This document shows positions 49,836-62,970 of a stretch of DNA of 64,000 nucleotides, piece after piece. Made by a program: the position numbers and the translations under genes. The DNA comes from Ginglymostoma cirratum. Its lineage: Eukaryota. The DNA lies in NCBI GenBank assembly GCA_024137785.1, contig JAHRHZ010000025.1, positions 16,260,079-16,324,078 of the forward strand. Reading direction: 5' to 3'. The notes beneath the pieces are model-generated. The model saw only the letters and a program-made list of their open reading frames with translations. It was not told the origin of the DNA and ran no database searches. The stretch's first letter is position 1. The number at the start of each line of letters is the position of its first letter.

Positions 49836-51719
49836 TGTTGAATGAACAAAAGCATGAATAATAAATACACAAATAGGAAGGTAATAGAGGGATATAGGTT
49901 CTGTAAGTGAAGACATGGTTGCGCAGGCTTGGGAGGTTGAAGGGTCTGTTCCTGTGCTGTATTGTTTGTCCCTTTTTATGTAAGGAGGGGGTGGGTTATG
50001 GAAAAGCAGATAACTGAGTGAGTTACAGTTTGAATCTCAGTGGTGAGACCAGAACACTCTTTTTGGATGACTTTACTTAGGCTTGAATTGATTAGCCATG
50101 GTTTTGACTCACTGCATCTTTAAAGGAATCCCTCCCAATGTGGTATGCATCCAATACATGAAGCAACAGTGCAATTGACATACTCCAGAGAGTCAGTCAG
50201 CTAGCCTTCCATTATTGCTGTGGCCTGAAGTCAGAAATTAATAAATTGAAAGATTGTCAGGAAATTAAGACAATTTTTGTTCTTAATAATCTATGTTCTA
50301 AGAAAGGAATGTTTTATCCAAGTGTGAAGTAGTAATAATCTTTTTTTTATTGCACTTAATATTTTTGTTTTTTCATAATGTGTCAGCTTTATAGACGAAA
50401 ACTGATGCCCGGAGGAGGTTACAGGCTAGAATGTATTTTGGATGGGGCTCAATTTCTTCATCCATAGAAGAATTGATACCCTACAGGAGGTACAGGCAGG
50501 AAACTAAATCAAGGGGCTCAAGTTGTTTTGTACATAAAATAAAAGCAATGAGGTTTTTGTCAAAACCTAATCGAGAAGATGAAATACTTTTTGTACAGAA
50601 TGAAATATTGCTTTGGACATGGATGATTTGTTGAAATGAGTAGAAATTGTTAAATTTTGGTGTTTTTTTGGTGTAATTCTGGGATAAGGAAATAAAACCT
50701 TTTAAATTGCTGCCTCCAATTTGAATGACTGTGCTTAGGGTCTTAAATGTGTGTCTTTTCCGAAGTGATCCCTGGCCAATCCTTTCAAAACACCCCCAAT
50801 AAGGGAGTGTGAGGTCATCTGACAAAGGCTGAGTTATTAAAACTCCTCCTCCCCATTGTTTATAATTGGCAAAAGCAAGGAGGAGGGGATTTGCTGTACA
50901 CATCATTCAAAACTGATTGGAATTTATTTTATTACAGGCTGGCCAGTTTAATCCTTATAGTGGAAATCTCAGGACAATTTTTCCAGCTGAGAAGGAAGAA
51001 ATTTACTCGAACATCACCTTAGGATATTAGTGTGATTAGCAACACTAAATGTTAAATGCAAAATGCACTGCCGGGCATTCTTTGGTGAAAAGATAAGTGA
51101 CAGGGCTGGATCTTGCTGAAGCTCAGCATCTCCCAAGACAAGCTGTTATTTGGGCTATGTCCTGGACCCTTCCTCTCAAAATTTCTTTGTACACAAAACC
51201 ACAGGAATTCAATTTGATCAGTGTGGCAAAGGTAAAAATACACCTGTGGCTGGGTTTTCAAAGACAGACAGAGGCTGCCCAGAGGTGGGCAGGCCAGTGT
51301 ACAATTTGCCTGCACTGATTTGCATCATTTTTGAAAGGCCTGGGATACTGTCCATAAGGGGTGGGTAACCAGTTAGTGTTAGGCTGCACTTCTGCTGGAA
51401 AATTCTAATTGTTAGAGACAAGTAGCTGAAACAAAGTCAGAGGAGGCAGACTTTCGGTGGAAGCCACTGTGCCTGGAAGCCTGGCTGCAGGCCATCCTGT
51501 GCACAGGCTTCTCCCTCCAGGAGGATCGTCTGGCAGCTGTGACCTCGAGACGGATGTGCTCTCCCCTCTCCTCCAAGCATCAGCAGCACTCGCCTGTGTT
51601 GTTTATGGATGTCCTCCAAATGGGCTGTTCTGACCTGAGGAGCCCACCCACTGTCATTACCTGAAGGGAAGCCTGCTCTCTGATACAATTATTCATTGCT
51701 GGTTAGTTAGTATCAATTT

Positions 51720-52080
51720 TCTAGAGGTAGCAAATGTCTGAGAATGACTCCCATGAGCTTGTGAAGTCATCCAAGAACACTTGAAAATAACAATCTCCCA
51801 AACAGTGGTGAAACAAAGAGCAGACAAACTTGCTAGAGTGCATACCCTTCAGCCAGGAGATAACATCTTACTGGTTTTATCAGCACCAGGTGAACACTTA
51901 AAGGCCCAATTCAGTGGCCTGTATAAAGTAACAAAGAAACTCAGCAACGCAAATGCTCACAAACCCCCAGATTGGGGGAGTGGAGACAAAGGCTGTGTAT
52001 AATCAACATGAGAAAGCAATACCACTGAGAAGGGGATAAGCCATTAACAGTCTTTCCCATTGCCACCAACCTAGAAGACA
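51720..52080 (+). pseudogene. Gypsy LTR-retrotransposon integrase C-terminal remnant
   Basis: ORF 51781-52002 SQTVVKQRADKLARVHTLQPGDNILLVLSAPGEHLKAQFSGLYKVTKKLS matches the Gypsy 'Q..MK..AD....F.PGD.VL.......L..RF.GPY.V' (GPY/F) region. It is followed by a decayed HINM-like segment. Confidence 0.8.
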
Positions 52081-55000
52081 GGGATAGCAGTGGGATTGGA
52101 TTTGGAAGGAGATGTGGGGAGATTACTCATAAATTGCCCCCTGTAAGATAGTGCACAAAAATTTAAAGATGCCATTAACTGAACAGATCAAGTACAATTT
52201 TTAAAAATTTCAGAGGGGCATTGGTTCAGACTTTAATCAAAGTGAAGTCACAACTAATCCGGTGCAACCAATGTGAAGTAACTAACAAAAATCAAATAGA
52301 ATGTTGAACTAGCTAGACAAAGAAACGGACTATTAGGTATAAATATGTATTCAATTTAAAATGCTATTTAGCCCATACCTTGGATTTAATGTTTAGTTTT
52401 AGTCATGAGATATTGGAGGCAGAGTAGGAAAGAGGCACAGAGCTGGTATGCAGACTTTGAAGCATGCGTTATGGGGGAAAACTTGACAAATTTAAGGTTT
52501 TAAAAGTGAAAGAGAAATCTCATGAGGGACCCTTGTGATCAAGGTAATGGAAAATGTTAATCTGGTAAATTTATTTCAAAGCTTTTGAAATTTTTCTGCA
52601 CACATTGATCAATACGTCTGATAGTGGAGACAATAATTCAAATTGGTTAGGCAAGCTATGCAGTGTCTTTAAGCAACTGATATGCAGAGAAATAAATACA
52701 ATTTTCCCATCGGTTCCCCAGAGTGGAGAAGTAAACTGCTCTACAAATTATTAAAGAAAGCTCAAGTTCTTTAAAGGCCATTTCCCGTGAATGGTACCAT
52801 TAATGATTTATTACGTTATGAATAGTGTGAAAAAGGCCATTAGGAATGAGACTTCTCGAATCACCAGATGCCAACTTATTTGTCAACGTGGCTCATCATC
52901 CCACTTGTTATCTCAAGACTGTGGCTATCTTGTTTCACAGCATGGCTACAAATATAAATCTCCAACACTAATCTCTCAGTCTGCAGTTTCAGCAAAAGCT
53001 AAACAACACAGGCAGCTAAATTGGATCCTGATTCATTAAACTCTAAAGCATCCTGGGAATCAAAAAGCTTCAACCGCTGCATTATTTCTAACTACATTAT
53101 AATTCTACAAGTCACTTTTATAATTAAAAAGAAAACAAAACTATGATCACAAAGTTTAACCAAATCCTTTAAGAATAGATGTCTGCATAATTGGGCTATT
53201 TTAAAATCCTGCTGACAATATTCACTTACATTTGCCAATGTTGGGCCTTATAACCAGGATGCTGTTCCCTGCCTGAGATGATGGTTTCCACCTCTGATGT
53301 ATTATCATAATAGTTGAGACAAGAACAAAAAATATAAATGAGCTGTAAATGAAACTTAAAGTCCAACATTTCGAAATACAGAAGTTCTTTGCTATAATTT
53401 AACAAGCTTTAAAAAAGACATTTCACATTTTCTAATGCTAAACCTTATTTTTGGATGATTTATAAAATACAGATTTTAATTTCTAAGATTAAGTGAACAG
53501 TCTGCTTTGTTCATGTAATCATGATATTTACAGATTTTTGTAAAAACATCACTCAATTTGATAAATCATGATGAACATGTATCTCAAGACAAGTTACATC
53601 TGCCACAAAACTGTTAAAATCGATTGATTGCAAGTGTTGGACTGTACAAACTGTCATAGCTGGACAGGCAAATATTAAGCCATTTGTTTTGGAGGATATA
53701 CTATTATACCAACCCCTATAGTCAATGGAGACAAATACACACCCTTCAACCATTTGTCACAATGGCTCTATTTAGGCATTGCTTTTCTTCCTGGAAGGTG
53801 AATGTAATTAATGTCCCCTCATTTTAATTTCCTTTCATACACTTCTGGGAAATCAGTTGGAGATTCTGGCCAACCTCATTTGTGGGCTCAAAGTGGTGTA
53901 TGGTGCTTTGTGCCATATTGAAAGGATAGACTTCTTTGTGTAACATCTTGAGACATTCCAATAACAGTAGAAGCTTTATGCCTTTTTCAATATCATCATT
54001 TTTATTTTTGCTCCTTTTTCTTTCTTTTCATACTTATCACCCTGAGATTGCTTCTTTATCTCCTCTCACTCTGACTGTGCTGAGGTAAAGACTTGTTGAG
54101 TGCTTGGTTTTTTTTTTTCCTCCAGTTTTGAAAACAGTCCAATTGTTCACTTGCCAATTTTTCCTACTTTGCATAATATAAAGGGTTTAAATTTCAAGAT
54201 TGGTGTTACTTAAACAATACTTTTAATACTTTGTCGTCAGGCATGACATTTTCAATACTGGCATGCCTCAGGGCTTTGTTAGTCTTCACTTCTTGCAATC
54301 CAAAAGGTTTTAAAACTCTGTATTCCTTAAAAACATATTCCAAACTTTTCAAGAACATTCTTTTCAACATATCTTTTCAACAACAATAATACTGCTGATA
54401 ACAATCAAGACATGTCTCAATGGTGGCCTGGATTATAGTTTGACTCAGAAAAAGTACTAGCAAAAGCCAGTGACACTAAAGGGCAGTGTAAATGTGAAAT
54501 ACTCTTGAACACTTCTTTCTCATTAATAATTACATCCTTCATAGTTGCTGTTCTACAGCAGTTTGGGCAGTAGAATGATAAGTACAGAAAGTGACCATTT
54601 GGCCCATCCTGCCTGTCTTGGCTCTCTGGAAAAGCTGTCAAGTTAATCCCACACTACTGGCCTTTCCCCATAATCCTGTTGTGTTATTCTCTTTAATTCA
54701 TTTAATTGTAATATCCAAAAGAAAATTAGATGTACTTCCATCATTCATTCAGGGAGCACAAAGAAAATCCAGTGGGAAAGACATTTCTCATAAATGTTTA
54801 CATTGCTGCTATAAAGATCTGCAGAAGCCCTCTTTGCTGGCTTCAGAATGCTTAGACAAGGGATAAGGCAGCCTTGAATCAGAACTCCCAGCTGGTCACT
54901 CTCTGACAAATCAGTGGTCATTTTGAGGGAATTCCCCACAGCCTCAGTAGACAGGAGACTTGGAAGACAACATCTCCTCTGGTGAATTTTTGATACATAA

Positions 55001-57939
55001 TTGACAGTAGATGCCATGATACATAGAAAAGCAGATATTAATGATTCCAATGAAGAGTTAACAAAGACCTCCAGTGACATCCCAAAAGTAGAAAACTAGT
55101 AGTAAAACTCTAACTAGCTGGCAGACTTAGCTATTCTGATTGCTGCTACTCCTCAGGAATTGTCAGACATGGAGATGCCACACAATAGAAAGCAGAAGCA
55201 CTATGGCAGATCATGCTGACTAGTTCAAGGAACCCAGGTCAATTTAGAGCTCCCTTGACTAGCATTATGGGGTGATACAGTCTGTGCGGTGACGGACTGC
55301 ATTTTCAGTCTTGGTAATGCTGATGATGTGGTCAGCACCATTTTGAAACCGGCCTATGAGTTGTCATCTTTACAGCCTACTTCAGGTCCTTGGGCCCTTT
55401 TTTAAAATGGGAATCCAATGATGTGAAAAGGGCCACATGTGCCATTCTATGTCAGCCTTCAATCAGTGCCACAGAACTTGAAAATAGTGAGGTCCAGTTA
55501 TGTTAGGGAACCTGGAGGGTTGGGATGCACCTTCAGGATGCTTGAAAATAACCTTGGCTACTGCTACCTCAGAACCTCCCCACATGCACATTCCTAGGTT
55601 CCTCACAGCCTCTATTCCTCTTCACCCACAAGGCACACCACTAGCTCAAGCATAAACTTGAGGGGAAAATCCAATGACTTTCCACATGGCAAGTTTGGTA
55701 ATGGGGCCTTAATCAGGTGAGAGGATAACAGGTGGTGACTTTAACCACCTTCCTGCCTTCATCTGACTGTCTTTATGGCATGAAGACTAATGGAAACCCA
55801 TCCAGCCCTGCTGCCAATTGAGGCCTTTGGACAATTAATACCTACAAAGGACATAGGTTTTCTGTGCTAAAGCCCCAAAAAAAGTGTTTGAATGCAGCCT
55901 TCCATTGGAGCTCTCATTCAAAGTCACTGGGGGCCATACCAAGAAACTTGACGTTGCTAAGGATTGCAGCTGAGAACCATTGCCCCTGCCCTTACTGCTA
56001 TCCTCCTTCCACCAAGTGACCCTCCACTCCACTAGGTACTTCCTGTTATCACTTGCCTGTGTCGGAGTTCCTCCTTTTACTGGAGGCCCTAAGGTTCTTA
56101 CCAAACCAGCAGCCTCTCTGTTGTGGCCACAAAGTTTTCAGTGGGTGGGACTTCTGTCCCTAGAGTTCTTGTTCCCAGGGAAGGCCTACTGCAGGCCTGT
56201 AAAGTGTTTGAGAGACATAAGATGCAGTGGGCGTTCTTGAAAAGAGTCACATGTGTCTCACTGGCTCTCCAACCAGAGTGAGACCTTCTATCTCCTCCAC
56301 AAGACTCCGTCAAGGCATTGATTTAGTAAGCTGCATCAGCAGACCTGTTTATCAATCTATATAGATCACTGAAGGAGTTTAAATCATAAAATTTCACAGC
56401 AGGGACAAATGATTTTTGGGAGTTTGCATCTGCATCAGCTGACAAGTAGTCACTTCACTTTTCCTAGCCCAGTGGTTGCTGTATTTCAAGTATATATCCA
56501 AGTACAATTTTTTTTTAACGTCATGAGGGTTTCTGCATCCTCCACCCCTTTAAAATGTTAAGTAGTGAGCCATAAATCTGTGAGGAGTCTTTGTTACCAG
56601 ACTTGGCTGATAATTAGAGCACCCTGCAACATGCTGATAAATTGCCCAACAGTTGAGATCTACGATGATTAGCATAAAACTACATTGTTTTGAATTTTAC
56701 ATTGCGCTGGTTCCTTTTGTGTCATTGGTTAGATTGAAGGATGAAAAGAGATGCTCCTTCAGGAAATATGAAGGATAAAGTAAGGACAGGAAATTCAGGA
56801 AGGCACATGGAGTGCGAAGTATACTATAAAAGATGTCTGATTCAGACATCCAGAAGCTTTCCTTGAGACCTTAGTGATCTGTTTGATAATAGTCCTTGTT
56901 TTCACATGAGCACCATTACCTGCTCGTGGCTGTGACAAGAAGCGTGATAGTATTGATCTCTGCTGTCCTTCCGTTCTCTTAAGGATGATACTGCTCCTAA
57001 TCTTATAAGAGGATCATAGTCCAGCAGGAACCCTAGGCCAGGGAGTAGAATTTGGCCAGCATTCCTACTTATGATGTATATCCAGTGATCCTGTTCTAGA
57101 ATGTTTACAACAGCAAATGCTTGAGTTAAGTTTGAATACTCCCACTCTGTCAAAATGACTTGGTGAACATTCAGCTGAGTCCCATGGAACTCTAATCCTC
57201 AATAAGCAATCAGCCACTTCTGAAAGAGAAGACTTGAGACAAGAACATGTCAATATGTTGAGCAAAGCCTGCCTATGATGTTGCATTGTGACAAAGATGA
57301 CAGGGTATCTTATTGTCAAGTCAATCTGACAACTACATTTCTGATATTTTATGGCCAGAAACGGTGAGTGGATTAACAATCCTTTAAATGTCAAGGCTAT
57401 TCACATGCTAATGTACTTGCTGATCCATGTGAAACTAATCCCCATGTTTGCATGTTAAATCACAAAAGTAGTCTTGTGTTCAAATGTTCAGCTGGAAAAT
57501 TTAAACCTATGACTACATTTTTAAAGAGAATTTTTTTTTTAGGTGTTCAGAAGTAGTTATTCTCCACATTATTACGGTTTTACCAGGGATGTGCAGATCA
57601 GCCCAACAGAGGGAAAAACAACATTGGGAATGGTTGGATGCGGAAGGCATTAGAGGAAATTTGGACACAATACTTTATCCACTGCAAATAACAAACTAAA
57701 AGGGATAGTTTACATTGATCCTAACTTAAGCCAGCTCACTGCACCACTCCTAAACTTTTACTTCAAACCTATTGGAAAGTTGTGGGAAATTTAGTACACC
57801 ACAATCTCTAAAGCTTATGCTCGACCCACAAACTGGTCAAATACCAGCTAAACTTTACCTGAATTAGTGATAGGAAAAAGTCACAATTGTCCTTCTATCT
57901 TTCGTCAACTGACCCTATAACACCACCTCCAGACTCAAG

Positions 57940-58350
57940 TATTCCAACACAATCCCAGCTAAGGCAAGGCACTTCACAGTATCACTACCAAAATGACACC
58001 AAGCTACAGAGGGAGATATTGGGATGTGTGACCAAGCTTGGTCAAAGAGATAGATAAAGACACAGATAAAGAAATATAGACACAGAGCATGGGGTTGGGG
58101 AGGATCTCCTGTGTTTAGGATTTAGGCACTTGAAAGGAACAGGCTAACTGTTATGGAATGATGAAAATCATGGATGAGCAAGAGGTCAGAATTAGAGGAA
58201 CACAAATTTCAGAGGGTTATAGGGCTGGAAGAGATTAGTGATAGGGAGGGATAAGGCCCTTTTGAGGGATTTGAATGAGAATCTTAAATTTTAAGGTATT
58301 ACAAGCCAAGGAGCTGATTTGGATCAGTCAGTACTGAGGCTGAGTGAATA
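57940..58350 (-). mobile_element. L2-like LINE 3' fragment
   Basis: GACACCAAGCTACAG...AAGCTTGGTCAAAGAG...AGGGCTGGAAGAGATTAG...GAGGGATTTGAATGAGAAT. Confidence 0.6.
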
Positions 58351-60645
58351 CTATTCTGTGTTAATGTATAGACATCTAGGGACTGGCTCGCAGTGTATGG
58401 ATTGGTAAAATGTAACTTAGGTTTTCTTACACTCCACCTCCCACACATTTTCTGAGCAGAAGTGCCAGATTCTCTTCAGTCATGTGGTGATTGTGTCACA
58501 TTACCTACCTGACTTCAGCTTGGTAGACTGATCCAGTTTGTTTCCTAAATTAGAACTGTCATGATAATCGGTCAATTAAGTTACTCAAATCTTTCTCCGT
58601 TTTATCTGGACATTTTGCCATTAATGCATCATACATGGTGTCAGACTGTGGTAGCACTTCTGCCTCATGTCTTAGGTTCACAGCTCACTTCAGTCTTGTG
58701 TATAAAATCTGACCATGTCGTGCAGCTCTAGCAAACACCTGCTTTGTCATTCTGGACCAGGAGAGAGCATTTTACAGAATACTGTAACTTACCTATATGA
58801 TAGATATACTGTCCAAAATTGAATTTAGGGGTAGGATCCACAATGGGCTCGTTGCACAAGTTAGACAAGCATCAGTTGCTCAGTCCCAATGAATAGGAAT
58901 CAAAACTTTTCTGTCAAATCTGGAGTCAAGCAGGACTACCCTCTCTTCCCCAAACCTTTCTCCTCTGTACATGGCCTGGTTGATTCTCGCTTATGCATGG
59001 TGATTGCCCAAGCTAATTTCTGATTAATTTGGGGTCAAAAATGGACTGTGTTCACAGGGATGTGATATACAAACTTTTGAGGTAAAGGGGAAAAAGATGT
59101 GCCCTGCATTCCCCTCATCATGATGCTACCTTTGTGTACAGTTGCACCAAATTGTTTGTGTACACACTGAGATTCTACCTGAGTGTTGCGAAGGGTTGGT
59201 CTGGCACATTGGTGTAGAACACTCCAACTAGTTGGAATATGCCATCAAAACTTGTGGCATGGTATGTGCAGAAAAGCACCTTTGATCACAAGTGCATCAA
59301 GCAGTGGGTCAGGATGTAACTTCTTTAATGCTCTGTGTGAAGAGGGGGTAGTAAAATCCTGTCAGATGATTCCCCAAGGAGACTATCAAAATCATTTGGT
59401 AGAATACCATAGCACTTGTTTCTAATCAGATGACGAGATGTAGCTTGGCTGGTGGTGAAAGATCTTTTCTACGTGTCCTGAGGAGAATTTCATCCCCTCT
59501 GCAGAGCGCTGTCAAGGTTGCAGTGGTGGGGAGAAGACTATTGTCTACCTTTTATTGTAAAATATGCCTTTGCGAAGAGGGTATGGACAGAAGTACAATG
59601 GTTTTTTTATCAAGGTTCATATTGGACAGCCTCATGACCAATCACTCTCTACACTTCAAACTGTTCACAGCTTCAAGACAACATCAACTGCACCTAAAGG
59701 AAATCAATATTTCAGATAGAATGCTAATGAAAGTAAAGTTTCTCTGCACCATAGTCCTTTTGAGGTGCTTCAATGGAATTTCAAAGTACTTGATCTTCAC
59801 AACATAATTCTTTCTTTATAAGACATAGAAACTGTCCAAGACTTCAGTCTATCACATTGGCATACTACATCTGAAAGGCCAGAGTTGGTGATCTTTTCCT
59901 TTTGTGGTGGCTGCCCAAGCTTTAATCGCTCAGCACTTGACTTGGGTTTTAAAATGCAATAGCCTGCAACATTCAGTCAGGGAGAAATCTTTTTAGTGGT
60001 AGACCAGCAACTTTCAGCAATTTCTGTTTTTGTTTCAGATTTCCAGCACCTACAGATTTTTTTCAAAGTGTGCAGATCGTTCTGCTGGCTGCCCAGTGCC
60101 CAGCTTCAGGATATCTACTCAGGATTGAAGACAAGCTTTTGGAGGGAAGCAGGTGAATTCAGTCACCGTTATCCAAGCAAGTACCAAAGACATGGACAGG
60201 TCAAGGGAAGAGGTTCTACAGAGTCATATGAGGAGCTAAGCATCAAACTAAGATCCATAACCTCAAAGGTAGTAATAGCAGAACTATTAAAACAACAATG
60301 TGCAAATTGGCATAGGGCATTTAGGATTGAACTACACACTACTTTAAAGACTCGTGAGGTAGAATTGTGTCCTGGTTTGTGGAGCAATGGCACCAGACTG
60401 GACAAAAGTAAGGCTATGCAGGATGGGTTATTGGTGTCTAAAGTGTTCTAAACTGCTGCATAACTGGAGAGTAGAAAGCATTTAAATTTAAATTTGGGTG
60501 GGGGAGGGCAAGGGATCAAATTTGTGAAGAGGTGTGAAATCAACTAGAAAAATTAGGTAGGTAAAGATAGTCTTGTTGAGGAGTTCATATAACTAAGAAA
60601 CTATCCAGAAAACGTGCTTCGGAGCCAACTGGAGGTCAGAATTTA

Positions 60646-60935
60646 GGACAGCACGGTGGCGCAGTGGTTAGCACTGCTGCCTCTCAGCGCCAGGGACCCA
60701 GGTTCAATTCCACCCTCTGGTGACTCTGGAGTTTGCATGTTCTCCCCATGTTTGCATGGGTTTCCTAGGGTGCTCTGGTTTCCTCCCATAGTCCAAAGAT
60801 GTGCAGGCCAGGTGGGTTGGCCATGCTAAATTGCCTGTAGTGTTCAGGGATGTGTAGATTAGGGGGATGGGTCTGGGTGGGATGCGCTGAGGGTCAGTGT
60901 GGACTTGTTGGGCTGAAGGGCCTGTTTCCACACTG
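60646..60935 (+). mobile_element. HE1-type V-SINE nested in the CR1 relic
   Basis: GCACGGTGGCGCAGTGGTTAGCACTGCTGCCTCTCAGCGCCAGGGACCCAGGTTCAATTCC head and GGGCCTGTTTCCACACTG tail. Confidence 0.93.
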
Positions 60936-62626
60936 CCAAGACTGGTATTCATAGAATCCCAACAATGAGAAATGAGACTGATTTAATAATCTCCATAGTG
61001 AAGGTCCACTGGGCAGCAGTGACAATAATATTATAAAATTTTACAAAGTTTAAAATACAAAGAAGCAATATTTTAAACTAAAATAAAGGCAATAGTGAGG
61101 ACATGTTAGCAGAGCTAACTAAAATGTACTGACAAATTTAGACTATGGAATGGGTCAATAGAGATGAGTGGTGGACAGTGAAGGAATGCATAGAATAGAT
61201 TCCAACAAGAGAAAAATTTCAGAGTGCCCAACATCTGTGGTTTTAAAAAAAAAATCAAAAATAGTATCAAATTTTTTTAAAAATGCAAATTTGTATATCA
61301 CATCAGAAATTTGAATAAAATATTAAAAAACAAATTATGACAAATATTTAAGGGGAGAAAGAGCACCAGCTAGAAATATAAAAACAGATATTTAGAGTTT
61401 CTAGTTTTATTTTTGAGGGGGAAATAATTAGCAAACTGAACATTGGTCCTTCTGGAAAGTAAGTCTGTGGAATTAGTAAGGGAATGTAAGGAAAGGACTG
61501 ATTAAAAATTTGCATTGGTCTGATTCACCACGGAGGTGATATGTAACATCTCAGAAATAGCTGTAAATCAGGAATGAAAGGGAAGGAGAAACTTAGGAAA
61601 AGTACGACAAGGGGTACTGGCCAAATTGATTGAATTGTGGGCTAACAGGCTCTGGGTCCTGATTGACTCCACCCAGGGTCTTAAACTAAATGGCTAATGA
61701 AATAATTGATGCATGGTTTTAGTTTTCCAAAGTTCCACAGATTTGGGAAGGTTCATTTTTTTATGTTCAAAAAATAATGAATGCTGCTTTTTTTTTCCTC
61801 AAAAAAAAAAAGACCAAGGTGGAAACTATAGGCCAGTTAGCTTAATATCTGTCATCAGCAATGTGTTAGCCATTATAAAAATGTTTTAGCAGGGCTTTTT
61901 GAAAAATTCAGGATAGGCAGACAGACTTATAGTTTTGTGAAAGAGAAATCCTGTTTAATCAGTTTATTACAGTTTTAAGGAAGTAAGCTTTGGATAATGG
62001 GGATCTAGTGCCTATACTGTACTTCAATTTCCAGAAGGCATTTGAGATGGCGCATCAGATTAATTTAAAAAATAAAGTCTCTTGGTGTTGACAATAAGAT
62101 TGGCTAATTAAAAGCAGGTGGACTGCGATGGTTCAAGCAGGCAGCTCACAACCACTTTCTCTAGGGCAACTAGGGACAAGCAATAAAATGCTGACCAAGT
62201 CAGCAACAACCACATCCACAAAATAAATACTTACTTTCTATTTTCTTTGAGACATAAATGAGTTATTTTCTGGTTAGCAGGATGTAACAGTGTATCATGG
62301 AGATAAGTGCTGGGGCCTCAATTATTACAATGAACACAATTGAGTTGGATGAAGAGGACAAAGATATAGTTGCCACATTTGCCAATTACACCAAAGGTAG
62401 ATTTCAAAGTAAGTTTTGAAGGGGGAATGAGGTTACAAGAGTATAGGTTAAGTAAGTGGACAAAGATCTAGAAAAATTAGTATAATGTAATTAAAATGTT
62501 AAAGTGTCCATTTTGGTGACCAAAATTAAAGAAGAAACACTATCTAACTTGAGAGACTGCACATTTCAGATGCAGAGTGAGTGCCCAACTGTGTGAATTG
62601 CAAAAGCAGTTATAGCATGTAATTAT

Positions 62627-62970
62627 GGAGAGGTGATGGCCTAGTGGTATTACCGCTGGACTGTTAATCCAACAACCCAAGTAATGTTCTTGGCACCTGG
62701 GTTCAAATTGCCACTATGGCAGATGGTGCAATTTGAATTCCATAAAAGATCTGGAATTAAGAGTCTAATGCTGATCACAAATCCATTGTCAATTGTCGGG
62801 AAAAACCTATCTAATTCACCACTAATCGCCTTTTAGGGGAACTTTACCTGGTCTGGCCTACATGTGACTTCAGGCCCACAGCAATGTGGTTGACTCCTAA
62901 CTGCTCTCTGGGCAATTAGGGTTGGGCAATAACTGCTGGCCTAGCCCACACCCCATGTATGATGATTTTT
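62627..62970 (+). mobile_element. tRNA-headed SINE (second family) nested in the CR1 relic
   Basis: A box TGGCCTAGTGG and B box GGTTCAAAT. Collinear with 30880-31232. Confidence 0.85.

Noticed and set aside
60646-60715. tRNA gene-like A/B boxes here and at 12340, 25415, 30015, 30880 and 62635
   Set aside because: Each continues into a SINE body and LINE-derived tail, so these are SINE heads rather than tRNA genes.
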